Source: a virus
IMG/VR virus record: IMGVR_UViG_3300015263_000371
Length of the DNA: 39,308 nt
Strand: one strand, 5' to 3'
Position 1 is the stretch's first letter. Every line of letters begins with the position of its first letter. Made by a program: the position numbers and the translations under genes. Positions 29,038-37,550 of this stretch are shown here, piece after piece. The notes below the pieces were generated by a model that worked only from the letters and a program-made list of their open reading frames with translations, searched no databases and was not told the origin of the DNA.

Positions 29038-29301
29038 ATGGGCAGGCCAAAAGGATCACAGAACAAAGATAAGCCGTTTAGAGAAGCATTGCGTATGGAA
29101 ATCGCTGCGCTTGCGGACGTTGACCAGCGCGGATTGCGCAAGATTGCACGCGAACTGATTCTCAAGGCCGAATCTGGCGACGTGATCGCGACGCGTGAAA
29201 TTGCCGACCGCCTTGATGGCAAAGTTCCGCAAGCCATTGGAGCCGATGACGAATCCGGCCCGGTCAAGCTGGAAATTGCTTGGGCGAATGTGGGGGGCTG
29301 A
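29038..29301 (+). CDS. terS: Probable small terminase subunit (87 aa)
   Basis: The N-terminus MGRPKGSQNKDKPF is typical of small phage terminase/DNA-binding proteins (from memory). It lies upstream of TerL, and no SD was seen. Confidence 0.45.
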   Translation: MGRPKGSQNKDKPFREALRMEIAALADVDQRGLRKIARELILKAESGDVIATREIADRLDGKVPQAIGADDESGPVKLEIAWANVGG

Positions 29302-29303
29302 AT

Positions 29304-29396
29304 ATGAAGGGCTATTTGCTCGCCGTTCTTATTGGCGGATCGCTCGCCGTTGCTGCGGTTTATGCGTTCTTATTGGCTTATTCGCATATGCTCTGA
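29304..29396 (+). CDS. Possible 30-aa hydrophobic peptide
   Basis: Translation is MKGYLLAVLIGGSLAVAAVYAFLLAYSHML. It starts 3 nt after the terS-like stop. Very short, so weakly supported. Confidence 0.2.
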   Translation: MKGYLLAVLIGGSLAVAAVYAFLLAYSHML

Positions 29397-29417
29397 CTGC
29401 TCGCAATATGGCTGAAA

Positions 29418-29429
29418 TACGAGCAGTTG
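29418..29429. repeat. Direct repeat copy 1: TACGAGCAGTTG
   Basis: Perfect 12-mer, repeated at 29496-29507, in the 218-bp non-coding stretch between terS-like and the lipoprotein gene. Confidence 0.8.
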
Positions 29430-29495
29430 CAAATAACAGCGCATTGAAATCACAGGCGAATTAATAGCGCGCCGATCTAGCGCCAGCCATCGTTT

Positions 29496-29507
29496 TACGA
29501 GCAGTTG
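29496..29507. repeat. Direct repeat copy 2: TACGAGCAGTTG
   Basis: Read directly. It lies 78 bp from copy 1. Confidence 0.8.
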
Positions 29508-29614
29508 ATCGGGAGCTATGCGCTCCGGTTTGCCCGGAATGCCAGAAAACGCGCCCATACAGCATCCATAGAACGAAACGTGAACGTAGCGCAACCTACA
29601 ATATATGTGAGCTA

Positions 29615-29932
29615 ATGATAAAGCGCATAGCATTGCTTTCCGCGCTATTACTGGCCGGCTGCCAAACGACGCAAACGCCGCCGCCCGAGTATGTCCACCC
29701 GTACAGGGGCGAGCTGCACATTCATTACGCGGCGGACCTCCACGCCGAATGCCTGGCGTTCAACAATCCTGATAAGATATTCGGTTGCGCTTTCGTGTGG
29801 TCCAAGTCCTGCGACGTTTACATCCTCAGCACTGAGCCCCCGGATAGCCAAGCGCAGATCAAGGAACACGAGTTAGCGCATTGCAACGGCTGGCCGGCGG
29901 AACATAACCCGAGTGCGCCTTGGCCGTTATGA
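29615..29932 (+). CDS. Lipoprotein with HExxH motif (105 aa)
   Basis: Signal peptide plus lipobox MIKRIALLSALLLAGC, and the motif KEHELAHCNGW. ATGA overlap with the terL start. Confidence 0.65.
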   Translation: MIKRIALLSALLLAGCQTTQTPPPEYVHPYRGELHIHYAADLHAECLAFNNPDKIFGCAFVWSKSCDVYILSTEPPDSQAQIKEHELAHCNGWPAEHNPSAPWPL

Positions 29933-31209
29933 CCGATGTGCACCGCATTGTCATTCCGTACACACCGCGAAAGCAGTTTATACAGTTTCACAACCGGATC
30001 GAGCGATTCGCCTGTATCGTCGCGCATAGGCGGGCCGGCAAGACGGTTGCTTGTGTGCACGAGCTACAAAAGGAAGCCCTGACAAATCCACGTCCCAATC
30101 CGAGAGTGGCTTACATTGCGCCCTTACTTAAACAGGCCAAGGCGGTTGCTTTTGACTATCTGCGGGAAGCTATGTCTCCGTTTCGGCAGTTGGGCGCTAC
30201 GGTTAATGAATCCGAACTCCGGGTTGATTATCCTCACGGCGGAAGGGTCCGACTGTATGGGGGTGATAATCCCGATGCGCTCCGAGGTATCGGACTTGAT
30301 CTCGCCGTTATTGATGAACCAGCAGACACCGACCCACGACTATGGGCCGAAATCATCCGCCCTGCACTAGCGGACCGTAAGGGCCGCGCGGTATTCATTG
30401 GCACCCCAAAGGGCCATAACTCGTTTTATGATGTATGGCGGAGATCCCAAAAGGAGGGCGAATGGTTCTCTTTGATGCTCAAGGCATCCGAGACGAATCT
30501 TATCGAGCCGGAGGAACTCGCGCAGGCCCGCGCCGAAATGTCGGAGGACCAGTACGCGCAGGAATTCGAGTGTTCCTTTGATGCGGCGGTTATCGGTTCT
30601 TATTACGGAAAGTTAATTTCGGAAGCGGAAGCGGACAAGCGCATTTGCGGTGTTCCGCATGATCCTAGCGCCCAGGTCTGGACGAGCTGGGATTTAGGTA
30701 TTCGCGATGCTACGGCTATTTGGTTCGCTCAGGTGGTTGGCAAGGAAATCCACCTCATTGATTACTACGAGGCGTCGGGCGTTGCGCTTGAGCATTACGT
30801 TAGGGCGATACAGGACAGGCGTTACAATTACGCCGGCCATATCGTCCCGCATGACGCGCAAGCCAAGGAATTGGGGACCGGAAAGTCCCGATTGGAAGTA
30901 CTGGACAGTCTTGGACTGAGGAATGTCACGGTAGCCCCCATGCACCGTGTAGAGGATGGCATCAACGCTGCTCGGGTAATGATTCCCCGGTGCTGGTTTG
31001 ACAAGAAAAAGACCGAAAGGGCCATAGAGGCTATGAAGCTCTACAGGTCCGATTACGACGAGCGGCAGAAGATATTGAAGCCGACCCCGGTGCATGACTG
31101 GACTAGCCATTGTGCTGACAGTTTCCGTTACTTGGCTATGACACTCGATAACGTCCGGCAGTCCAACTTTCATAAAAAGATCGTTTATCCTAAGTTTGGT
31201 GTCGCATGA
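29929..31209 (+). CDS. terL: Terminase large subunit (426 aa)
   Basis: ATG 29929 forms an ATGA overlap with the upstream gene. Walker A is AHRRAGKT and Walker B-like is LDLAVIDEPAD. It has a C-terminal nuclease-size domain and is followed by the portal region. Confidence 0.85.
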   Translation: MTDVHRIVIPYTPRKQFIQFHNRIERFACIVAHRRAGKTVACVHELQKEALTNPRPNPRVAYIAPLLKQAKAVAFDYLREAMSPFRQLGATVNESELRVDYPHGGRVRLYGGDNPDALRGIGLDLAVIDEPADTDPRLWAEIIRPALADRKGRAVFIGTPKGHNSFYDVWRRSQKEGEWFSLMLKASETNLIEPEELAQARAEMSEDQYAQEFECSFDAAVIGSYYGKLISEAEADKRICGVPHDPSAQVWTSWDLGIRDATAIWFAQVVGKEIHLIDYYEASGVALEHYVRAIQDRRYNYAGHIVPHDAQAKELGTGKSRLEVLDSLGLRNVTVAPMHRVEDGINAARVMIPRCWFDKKKTERAIEAMKLYRSDYDERQKILKPTPVHDWTSHCADSFRYLAMTLDNVRQSNFHKKIVYPKFGVA

Positions 31210-31379
31210 CGGATACGGACCCGACTGCAAGGGTGGATATTGTTTACCCTCACAGAATGGGCTGGCTGCGGCGTCCCGAGTTGGAAAAAGAGGGTTCGGG
31301 TGAAGTTTGGGAATTGCCGGATGGCCGGCTGTTCCACTGGAAGGGCACGGGACCGTTACTGATACAGGTCATAAAATAA
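31206..31379 (+). CDS. Small protein (57 aa), below the track cutoff
   Basis: ATGA overlap with the terL stop. Translation: MTDTDPTARVDIVYPHRMGWLRRPELEKEGSGEVWELPDGRLFHWKGTGPLLIQVIK. Confidence 0.4.
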   Translation: MTDTDPTARVDIVYPHRMGWLRRPELEKEGSGEVWELPDGRLFHWKGTGPLLIQVIK

Positions 31380-31450
31380 TGGGCGTTCTTTTCGTGATTT
31401 TCGTCATTGTCATCGTTTTTGGTTTCATTGAAGTATTCAGGCCGAAATGA
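31379..31450 (+). CDS. Possible 23-aa hydrophobic peptide
   Basis: TAATG overlap upstream and ATGA overlap downstream. Translation: MGVLFVIFVIVIVFGFIEVFRPK. Confidence 0.25.
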   Translation: MGVLFVIFVIVIVFGFIEVFRPK

Positions 31451-32676
31451 CCTCATTATGGGATTTGCTATCGGCTCCGGGGGCCAATTACGGCACCTTG
31501 TCGCCACAAGAATTACCAGCGAATCCGCCCACGATACTCGACAGCATTATTGCTGGATTGGGTAAGACTGCGGCTAATGCCGCGATGGCTCCTGGCAACG
31601 CCTATAAGTATGGCGGCACGGTTGATGAGATGATTAAGCCTGCGGCTGACCTAGCGATGATGACGACGCTAGGGGCCGGGGCCATGCCAGCGGAAGCGGA
31701 CGCTCTTAGAATGGGGATCAGGGCCTACCACGGCAGTCCCTACGATTTTAATAAGTTTGATTTGAGCAAGATCGGCATGGGCGAGGGCGCCCAGGCTTAC
31801 GGGCATGGACTGTATTTTGCCGAGAATCCAGCGGTTGCGGAACAATATAAAAGGGCCTTGACCGGATTAAACCCAAACTCGCTAGGAAGCGGTAAGGCGC
31901 AATTCGGGGTTAATGGCGTACCAATGCCGTCCGGTATTTCTGGTCATGCGGCTCTGGATACCGGGCAGCAAATGGATTTGCTTCTGTCAACAATGAAGCA
32001 CAATCCAGATAGCACGATGATACCGTTTCTTCGGCAGCAAATCGAAAACAGGATTGCAAACCATTATTCGATGACAAGCGGAGGCTCCGCTGGCGAGGAT
32101 ATGCGGGCGATGGCCGATTATTACAACAAACACGTTAAGAACGCCACGCCGGAACAAGTTTCGAGCATAGCTCCGGGCCGCATGTACGAAGTCAACATAA
32201 ACGCCGAACCGCAACAGTTCTTGGATTGGGAGAAGCCTATTGGTGAGCAGCCGCAAGCCGTAAAAGATATAGCGCAACAAATTGGTTTACCCGCCGAATA
32301 CAGTTTTCCGAAACTCAGTAATAGAATTGGGGAACCGCCATTACCGGCCACAAAAGAAAATTATGGGAGTGATTTTTATAGGCGCCTGGGAGCCAAAATA
32401 ATTGCCGATAAAACCCGGACACCAGAAATAGCGAACCCGGTTTCCGTTGGCGACATTATCGACCCATTCGCGTCTAAGGCTCTTTCCGACGCCGGCATCC
32501 CCGGCATTAAATACCTAGACCAAGGTTCGCGCGGTTCCGCTACTGGAACTAGAAACTACGTCGTTTTCAATCCCGATATTATAGACATTATCCGAAAATA
32601 CGGACTTGCTGGATTATTCCCAGCAGCCGGCGCACTAGCGCCGCCGCGTCAACAAGCTCCAATTCTTTCGCAGTAG
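31447..32676 (+). CDS. Conserved phage protein (409 aa) with H-Y-E ADP-ribosyltransferase-like motifs
   Basis: Contains IRAYHGSPYDFNKFDLSKIG.GEGAQAYGHGLYFAENPAVAEQY, then PGRMYEVNI, and a C-terminal IKYLDQGSR...NYVVFNPDII. It sits between TerL and the portal gene. Confidence 0.65.
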   Translation: MTSLWDLLSAPGANYGTLSPQELPANPPTILDSIIAGLGKTAANAAMAPGNAYKYGGTVDEMIKPAADLAMMTTLGAGAMPAEADALRMGIRAYHGSPYDFNKFDLSKIGMGEGAQAYGHGLYFAENPAVAEQYKRALTGLNPNSLGSGKAQFGVNGVPMPSGISGHAALDTGQQMDLLLSTMKHNPDSTMIPFLRQQIENRIANHYSMTSGGSAGEDMRAMADYYNKHVKNATPEQVSSIAPGRMYEVNINAEPQQFLDWEKPIGEQPQAVKDIAQQIGLPAEYSFPKLSNRIGEPPLPATKENYGSDFYRRLGAKIIADKTRTPEIANPVSVGDIIDPFASKALSDAGIPGIKYLDQGSRGSATGTRNYVVFNPDIIDIIRKYGLAGLFPAAGALAPPRQQAPILSQ

Positions 32677-32680
32677 GTCA

Positions 32681-35008
32681 ATGGACTCCACAAACGAGAC
32701 TCCCCAGCGCGGTAAAATGCGCATTGAAGAATTGCGCGCCATGCTGGCTTCCGAGCATGAAGCCGCTATGGGCGCAATGCAGGCGTCCAAACTAACTACC
32801 GACCGCGCCGACGCCCTGGATTATTATTTCGGGGACATGACCAAGGATATGCCCGTCGAGGACGGGCGCAGTTCTGCGGTTTCTTTCGACGTTGCGGACA
32901 CCATTGAGGGCTTGATGCCTTCAATGATGGAAATTTTCGCGGGCTCGGACGAAGTGGTGCAATTCGATCCGGTCGGCCCGGAAGATGTAGAGGCCGCAAG
33001 ACAGGAAACGGATTACGTCAACCACGTTTTTATGAACGAGAACCCCGGTTTTATGGTTCTCTACTCGTTTATTAAAGACGCGCTTTTATCGAAAGTCGGA
33101 TTCGTCAAGGTTTTTTGGGATCAACGCGAAAAAGAGGAAAAAGAGACTTATTACGACCAATCGGATGATGCTTATGCGCTGATTTGCGCCGACCCCGACG
33201 TTGAGGTTGTCGCGCATTCCGAGCGTCCCGACCCTTCGGGGATGATTCCGGGCATGGAACAAGCCCCTCCGGGCGCCGAAAAGCAGCCCATGCTGCATGA
33301 CGTGACAGTTGTACGGAAAAAAGATTATTCCAGTGCAGCCGTGGTCAATGTTCCACCGGAAGAATGCGGATTAGAGCGCGGGGCTAGGACTCTAAAGGAT
33401 TGCAACTACTTTTTTCATAAGGTTTTGAAGGCCGAACAGCGTCTAATCGAACAGGGTTATGACCCTCAACAGGTTAGAGCCCTTCCTGTTTATCGTGCGT
33501 ACACGAATATGGAGGAAGTCAACCGCGATTCGGTTGACGAACACCAGTTTTACGATTCCGACGTTAATCCTGCGGTCAAGCAAAAGCAGGTGATCGAGCA
33601 TTACGTTAGGATGGATTATGAGGGTGATGGGGTTTCCCGGCTTTATCGGGTGACGACTTCCGGTCTGACGGGCGAAATCCTCAATCTGGATGGAAAGCCC
33701 GACATTCAAGAGTGTGACGAAATTCCGTTTGCCGCAATGTGCCCGATTCCTGTCACGCACAGGTTTTGGGGCCGGTCGATTGCCGACGTTACACTAGATA
33801 TTCAGAAGGTAAAGACAGCGATCACACGCGGCACTCTCGATAATATGTATCTTGCACTAAAGCCGCGCGTAGAAGTCGCTGAAAGCCTTTCGTCGGATTC
33901 CACCCTTGATGACCTTTTGGTTGCAAGACCGGGCGGGATTATAAGAACGAAACAACCGGGGGCCGTGAACTGGCAAGTTGTCCCGAATATCGCGGAATCC
34001 GCCTTTCCGGTTCTTGAATATTACGACACCCTGAGAGAATGGCGTACTGGTGTATCCCGTCAGGGGCAGGGAATCGACGCTGACGCGCTACAGAATCAGT
34101 CCGCCACGGCTGCCAATCTCGCTTACACGGCTTCCCAGGCGAGAATGAAACTTATAGCCCGGATTTTCGCGGAAACCGGAATCCGCGACCTGTTTTATCT
34201 GCTTCACGGGACCATCAGAAAGCACGGTCAGAAAGCAAGAACGGTAAGACTTCGCAACCAGTGGGTTCCGGTCGATCCAAGGAATTGGAAAACCCGTAAT
34301 GACATGACGGTTCACGTCGGTACGGGATCGGGTGGACGTGCACAGAGACTAACCGAACTTTCCATGATTACCGCGTCACAGGAAAAAGCCCTGACCGCCG
34401 GCCTGACCAATTTGGTTACACCTAACAATCTCTATGAAAGCGCCAAGGAGCTGGTAAGGGCCGTGGGATTCAAGGACGTTGATAAGTTTTTCTCCAATCC
34501 GGCTAATAGTCCGCCTCCACAACAGCATCCCGACCCCAAGATCATGGAAATGCAGATGCAGGCGCAATTACAGCAGCAAAAGCAGCAGATCGACGCCGCG
34601 CACCAGAGAGCCAAGATGGAAGCCGACGCCGCTTTGGAACAACAGAGATTCGAGCATCAGCGCCAGCTTGAAGCCATGAAACTACAGATGGACGACGCCA
34701 AGAGGCAGCACGACGACCGCATGGCCGAAATGGATTTGGCTATGCAGCAGCAGAAACATCAGATGGATATGGCTGCAAAGCAGCTAACAATGGAACATCA
34801 GAAAACGGAACACACCCTGAAAACCGGCGGCGTTGTTCCAGACGAAATCATGCCGAAAGTCCACGAACATTTGAATGGAATTGCGCAAAATCTTGCGCAA
34901 CATAGCGAACAATTGCATCACGCCTTGCACAAAGCGATCACGGCGCCGAAAAGGGTTGTGCGCGATCCAAAAACAAACCGCGTTATCGGTGTAGAAACTA
35001 TCCAATAG
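32681..35008 (+). CDS. Portal protein, P22-like, with long C-terminal Q-rich coiled coil (775 aa)
   Basis: The segment DALDYYFGDM...GRSSAVSFDVADTIEGLMPSMMEIFAGSDEVVQFDPVGPEDVEAARQETDYVNHVF...GFMVLYSFIKDALLSKVGFVKVFW matches the P22-type portal N-terminal pattern. The tail is MEMQMQAQLQQQKQQID.... Confidence 0.85.
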   Translation: MDSTNETPQRGKMRIEELRAMLASEHEAAMGAMQASKLTTDRADALDYYFGDMTKDMPVEDGRSSAVSFDVADTIEGLMPSMMEIFAGSDEVVQFDPVGPEDVEAARQETDYVNHVFMNENPGFMVLYSFIKDALLSKVGFVKVFWDQREKEEKETYYDQSDDAYALICADPDVEVVAHSERPDPSGMIPGMEQAPPGAEKQPMLHDVTVVRKKDYSSAAVVNVPPEECGLERGARTLKDCNYFFHKVLKAEQRLIEQGYDPQQVRALPVYRAYTNMEEVNRDSVDEHQFYDSDVNPAVKQKQVIEHYVRMDYEGDGVSRLYRVTTSGLTGEILNLDGKPDIQECDEIPFAAMCPIPVTHRFWGRSIADVTLDIQKVKTAITRGTLDNMYLALKPRVEVAESLSSDSTLDDLLVARPGGIIRTKQPGAVNWQVVPNIAESAFPVLEYYDTLREWRTGVSRQGQGIDADALQNQSATAANLAYTASQARMKLIARIFAETGIRDLFYLLHGTIRKHGQKARTVRLRNQWVPVDPRNWKTRNDMTVHVGTGSGGRAQRLTELSMITASQEKALTAGLTNLVTPNNLYESAKELVRAVGFKDVDKFFSNPANSPPPQQHPDPKIMEMQMQAQLQQQKQQIDAAHQRAKMEADAALEQQRFEHQRQLEAMKLQMDDAKRQHDDRMAEMDLAMQQQKHQMDMAAKQLTMEHQKTEHTLKTGGVVPDEIMPKVHEHLNGIAQNLAQHSEQLHHALHKAITAPKRVVRDPKTNRVIGVETIQ

Positions 35009-35018
35009 GAAAAAATAA

Positions 35019-35465
35019 ATGGCCTATTATGACGCGCTGGTTGCGGCGTGGAACTCCGCTACGCAGCCGCCTACCGGCGTTACCGGGACCGCGCTTACTG
35101 CCGGGATGACCACGCAGCAAAAATTAAATGCGGTCAATGGCTGGACCTCCGTTGGCCCCTCCGTTCCAATGGTGATTCCTACTTATCTAATTTATAATGT
35201 AATTGTCGCCTCCGAATTTAATGCTCTCACGGCGGCAAATCAGCAGAATATTCGCGATATTCTCGACATGGGGACGGTCGATACGTCGCCCGGAACGCAG
35301 GCGCGTTCTCGGACAATCGCGATTTTCCCGAATGGTACGCAAACTTTCACCAATCTTTCAAATTTAGCGAAAACATACGATTCGCCACAGATTCCCTGGT
35401 GGCAAGCCAATAATTATCCGCGCGCTTTCGACTTGGGCGATTGTGCGGCAGCAGGAGTTAGCTAA
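35019..35465 (+). CDS. Hypothetical virion protein (148 aa)
   Basis: Track ORF immediately after the portal gene. Confidence 0.55.
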   Translation: MAYYDALVAAWNSATQPPTGVTGTALTAGMTTQQKLNAVNGWTSVGPSVPMVIPTYLIYNVIVASEFNALTAANQQNIRDILDMGTVDTSPGTQARSRTIAIFPNGTQTFTNLSNLAKTYDSPQIPWWQANNYPRAFDLGDCAAAGVS

Positions 35466-35929
35466 TGGCTACTGAAAAATGGATTTCCGGCACCGGTGTC
35501 GGCCTGACGTGGACAACAATAATGTCCACGGAATTGAACTCGATAGCATCCGGCAACGCAATCCTTGGCGGCACCGCGATAACAAACGGTACTGCGCTAG
35601 ATATTTTTGCTGATTTTTCACTTGTGCTTGCGAGTGCTGCCTTTGTGGCGCCGAATTTCATTGGGCTTTATTTGTATCCACTCAATGACGACGGAACTAG
35701 CTACGGCGACGGTCGTTTTGCAACTTCGGCAGCCGGACCGCCTCCTAATAACTATTCCATTGGAAGTATAGGTATTGTCGCGGCAACCCAGGCGCAGACC
35801 GGTTCGCTGACTGGAATTATCATGCCGCCTGGGACATGGAAGCCGGTTCTATACAATCAGGGTGGCGTTGCGCTTGCTGCAGCCAGCAACACTCTCAAAT
35901 ACCGAACCTATAATCGCTCGGTGGCGTAA
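35465..35929 (+). CDS. Hypothetical beta-rich virion protein (154 aa)
   Basis: TAATG overlap with the upstream gene. Confidence 0.55.
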   Translation: MATEKWISGTGVGLTWTTIMSTELNSIASGNAILGGTAITNGTALDIFADFSLVLASAAFVAPNFIGLYLYPLNDDGTSYGDGRFATSAAGPPPNNYSIGSIGIVAATQAQTGSLTGIIMPPGTWKPVLYNQGGVALAAASNTLKYRTYNRSVA

Positions 35930-36793
35930 GTGAGTCGTCTTTTAATTTCGCCAACGAAGCAAATAGCACAGGGCCAAATTCGCCACGAAAGCGGGCCGCT
36001 AAAGATTGATTGGACTAACCCGCTGACTAGAAATTTGGAAGCATGTTTCTTGCCCGGCGCTACAGGGATTGTCGATATTTGCGGTAAGCAGGCTCCGCTA
36101 ACTTCCTCAAGTCCCACTCCCGGCGTGACTCCTGACGGCGTTGGAGTAGCGACAGTCGGACCCGCTTCCGCTTATAGCGGATCAGTAGTTAATGCCTCTA
36201 CTGTGGGCGGCGACCTAACTTTATTTTGGCGCGGTCTGCAAGTTTCAAATGCCCCAGGTGCAAATAGTGGACAATATATTGATATTCCCACCAGCGGATC
36301 GGGAAGTTTTATAGGAGTCCTATTCGTAAATGGAAATGGCACGGGTAATTGGGATTTAGCCTGGAATCATGGCGGGACATTTCTTAATGTCAACACAACC
36401 ACCCAATCTGCCGCTGGTTATGGTGGGAAAATAGTAACCCTCTGCGGGGTAATTCCAGTTGGGGGAACTTGCATACTTTATCGCGACGGAAACAATATAG
36501 GATCGAAAGCATTCGGTGCCGGTTCTCCAACCGTCACCGGACCCACAATGCAGGTCGGAGCCGCAATAGGCGCATCAAATAATATAATCACGAACATAGG
36601 AATGGTTTGGAATAGGGCTCTTTCGTCCACCGAAGTTTCGCAGCTTCAATATAACCCATACGGTTTTATAATTCCAGCGAAAGAAGAATTGCCGGCTGTG
36701 TATTTATCAGCAGCCGCATTTTCCGCAAAATTCAGAAGAACAGCCTCACCCATAGGTGGGCGCGTCGGTTCACGCCAATCATGGGCGGCATAA
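35930..36793 (+). CDS. LamG / concanavalin-like lectin domain protein (287 aa, GTG start)
   Basis: The motifs LTLFWRG...WDLAWNHGG...ILYRDGNNIGS...GMVWNRALSSTEVSQL fit the LamG_3 pattern, including the terminal (i/v)wNraLs..E(i/v)..L motif. Confidence 0.55.
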   Translation: MSRLLISPTKQIAQGQIRHESGPLKIDWTNPLTRNLEACFLPGATGIVDICGKQAPLTSSSPTPGVTPDGVGVATVGPASAYSGSVVNASTVGGDLTLFWRGLQVSNAPGANSGQYIDIPTSGSGSFIGVLFVNGNGTGNWDLAWNHGGTFLNVNTTTQSAAGYGGKIVTLCGVIPVGGTCILYRDGNNIGSKAFGAGSPTVTGPTMQVGAAIGASNNIITNIGMVWNRALSSTEVSQLQYNPYGFIIPAKEELPAVYLSAAAFSAKFRRTASPIGGRVGSRQSWAA

Positions 36794-37549
36794 ATGACAG
36801 CTCTCGTTAAGCAATCCTCCACTCAGCTCGCGCTTAAGTTTTTCCTCACGCAAAGCGCAGATCACATAACCGGACTTACGGGCGCAACCCCCACGGTTAC
36901 AATTCGCAAGGAGGGGGGTGCATTCGCCGCGCCTTCTGGAGCTGTAACCGAAATAGCTAATGGCTGGTATCAGGTTGCGGGCAACGCGACCGACACGAAC
37001 ACGCTTGGCGAGATTGTATTACATGCAACGGCTGCAAGCGCAGACCCGTTCGATGGACCGGTTGCCCTTGTTGTTGGATTCGACCCACAGGCCGCGCTTG
37101 CTACTCCAACGAATATCACGGCGGCAACAGGCATTACGGTTTCCACCAATAGCGACAAGACGGGGTATTCGCTAACCCAGGCATTCCCAACTAATTTCTC
37201 CGCTATGGGGATCACGGCGGGTGGAAACGTAAGTTCTGACCTAAAAGCGATCAACACAGATACAACTTCCGCAGCAAACCTTGCCAAAACTACGGGGGCG
37301 GTCGCCACCGGCACAGTTACAGCGGGCGCTACTACGACAAGCATTCCGACCAGCGCATTTTCTCCGTCTGGTACGGCTGCGGACCAATTCAAAGGCAGAA
37401 TAGTTACCTTTACTTATAATACCACTACGGCGGCGTTGCGTGGTCAGTCCACGGATATAACCGCGAGTAGCGCCTCGGCAACGCCAACCCTTACGGTTAC
37501 GGCGCTTACCAGCGCGCCGACAAGCGGCGATACATTTGTGGTGACGTAG
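36794..37549 (+). CDS. Thr/Ala-rich fibre-like protein (251 aa)
   Basis: Track ORF abutting the upstream stop, with a T/A/S/G-rich beta-type composition. Confidence 0.55.
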   Translation: MTALVKQSSTQLALKFFLTQSADHITGLTGATPTVTIRKEGGAFAAPSGAVTEIANGWYQVAGNATDTNTLGEIVLHATAASADPFDGPVALVVGFDPQAALATPTNITAATGITVSTNSDKTGYSLTQAFPTNFSAMGITAGGNVSSDLKAINTDTTSAANLAKTTGAVATGTVTAGATTTSIPTSAFSPSGTAADQFKGRIVTFTYNTTTAALRGQSTDITASSASATPTLTVTALTSAPTSGDTFVVT

Positions 37550-37550
37550 T

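Noticed and set aside
29195-29633. Track ORFs 29195-29464 (+) and 29370-29633 (-) in the terS-terL spacer
   Set aside because: The first overlaps the terS-like gene out of frame, and the second is antisense with no RBS. Both have odd composition, so the region is better treated as non-coding with repeats.
36386-36395. AATGTCAACA, a 10-nt match to the left half of the recombinase-proximal palindrome, as a partner recombination site
   Set aside because: Only one half-site matches and the right arm is unrelated. The core has the same orientation (direct, not inverted), and the match lies inside the LamG gene 18 kb away. A 10-mer match in 39 kb on two strands is compatible with chance.
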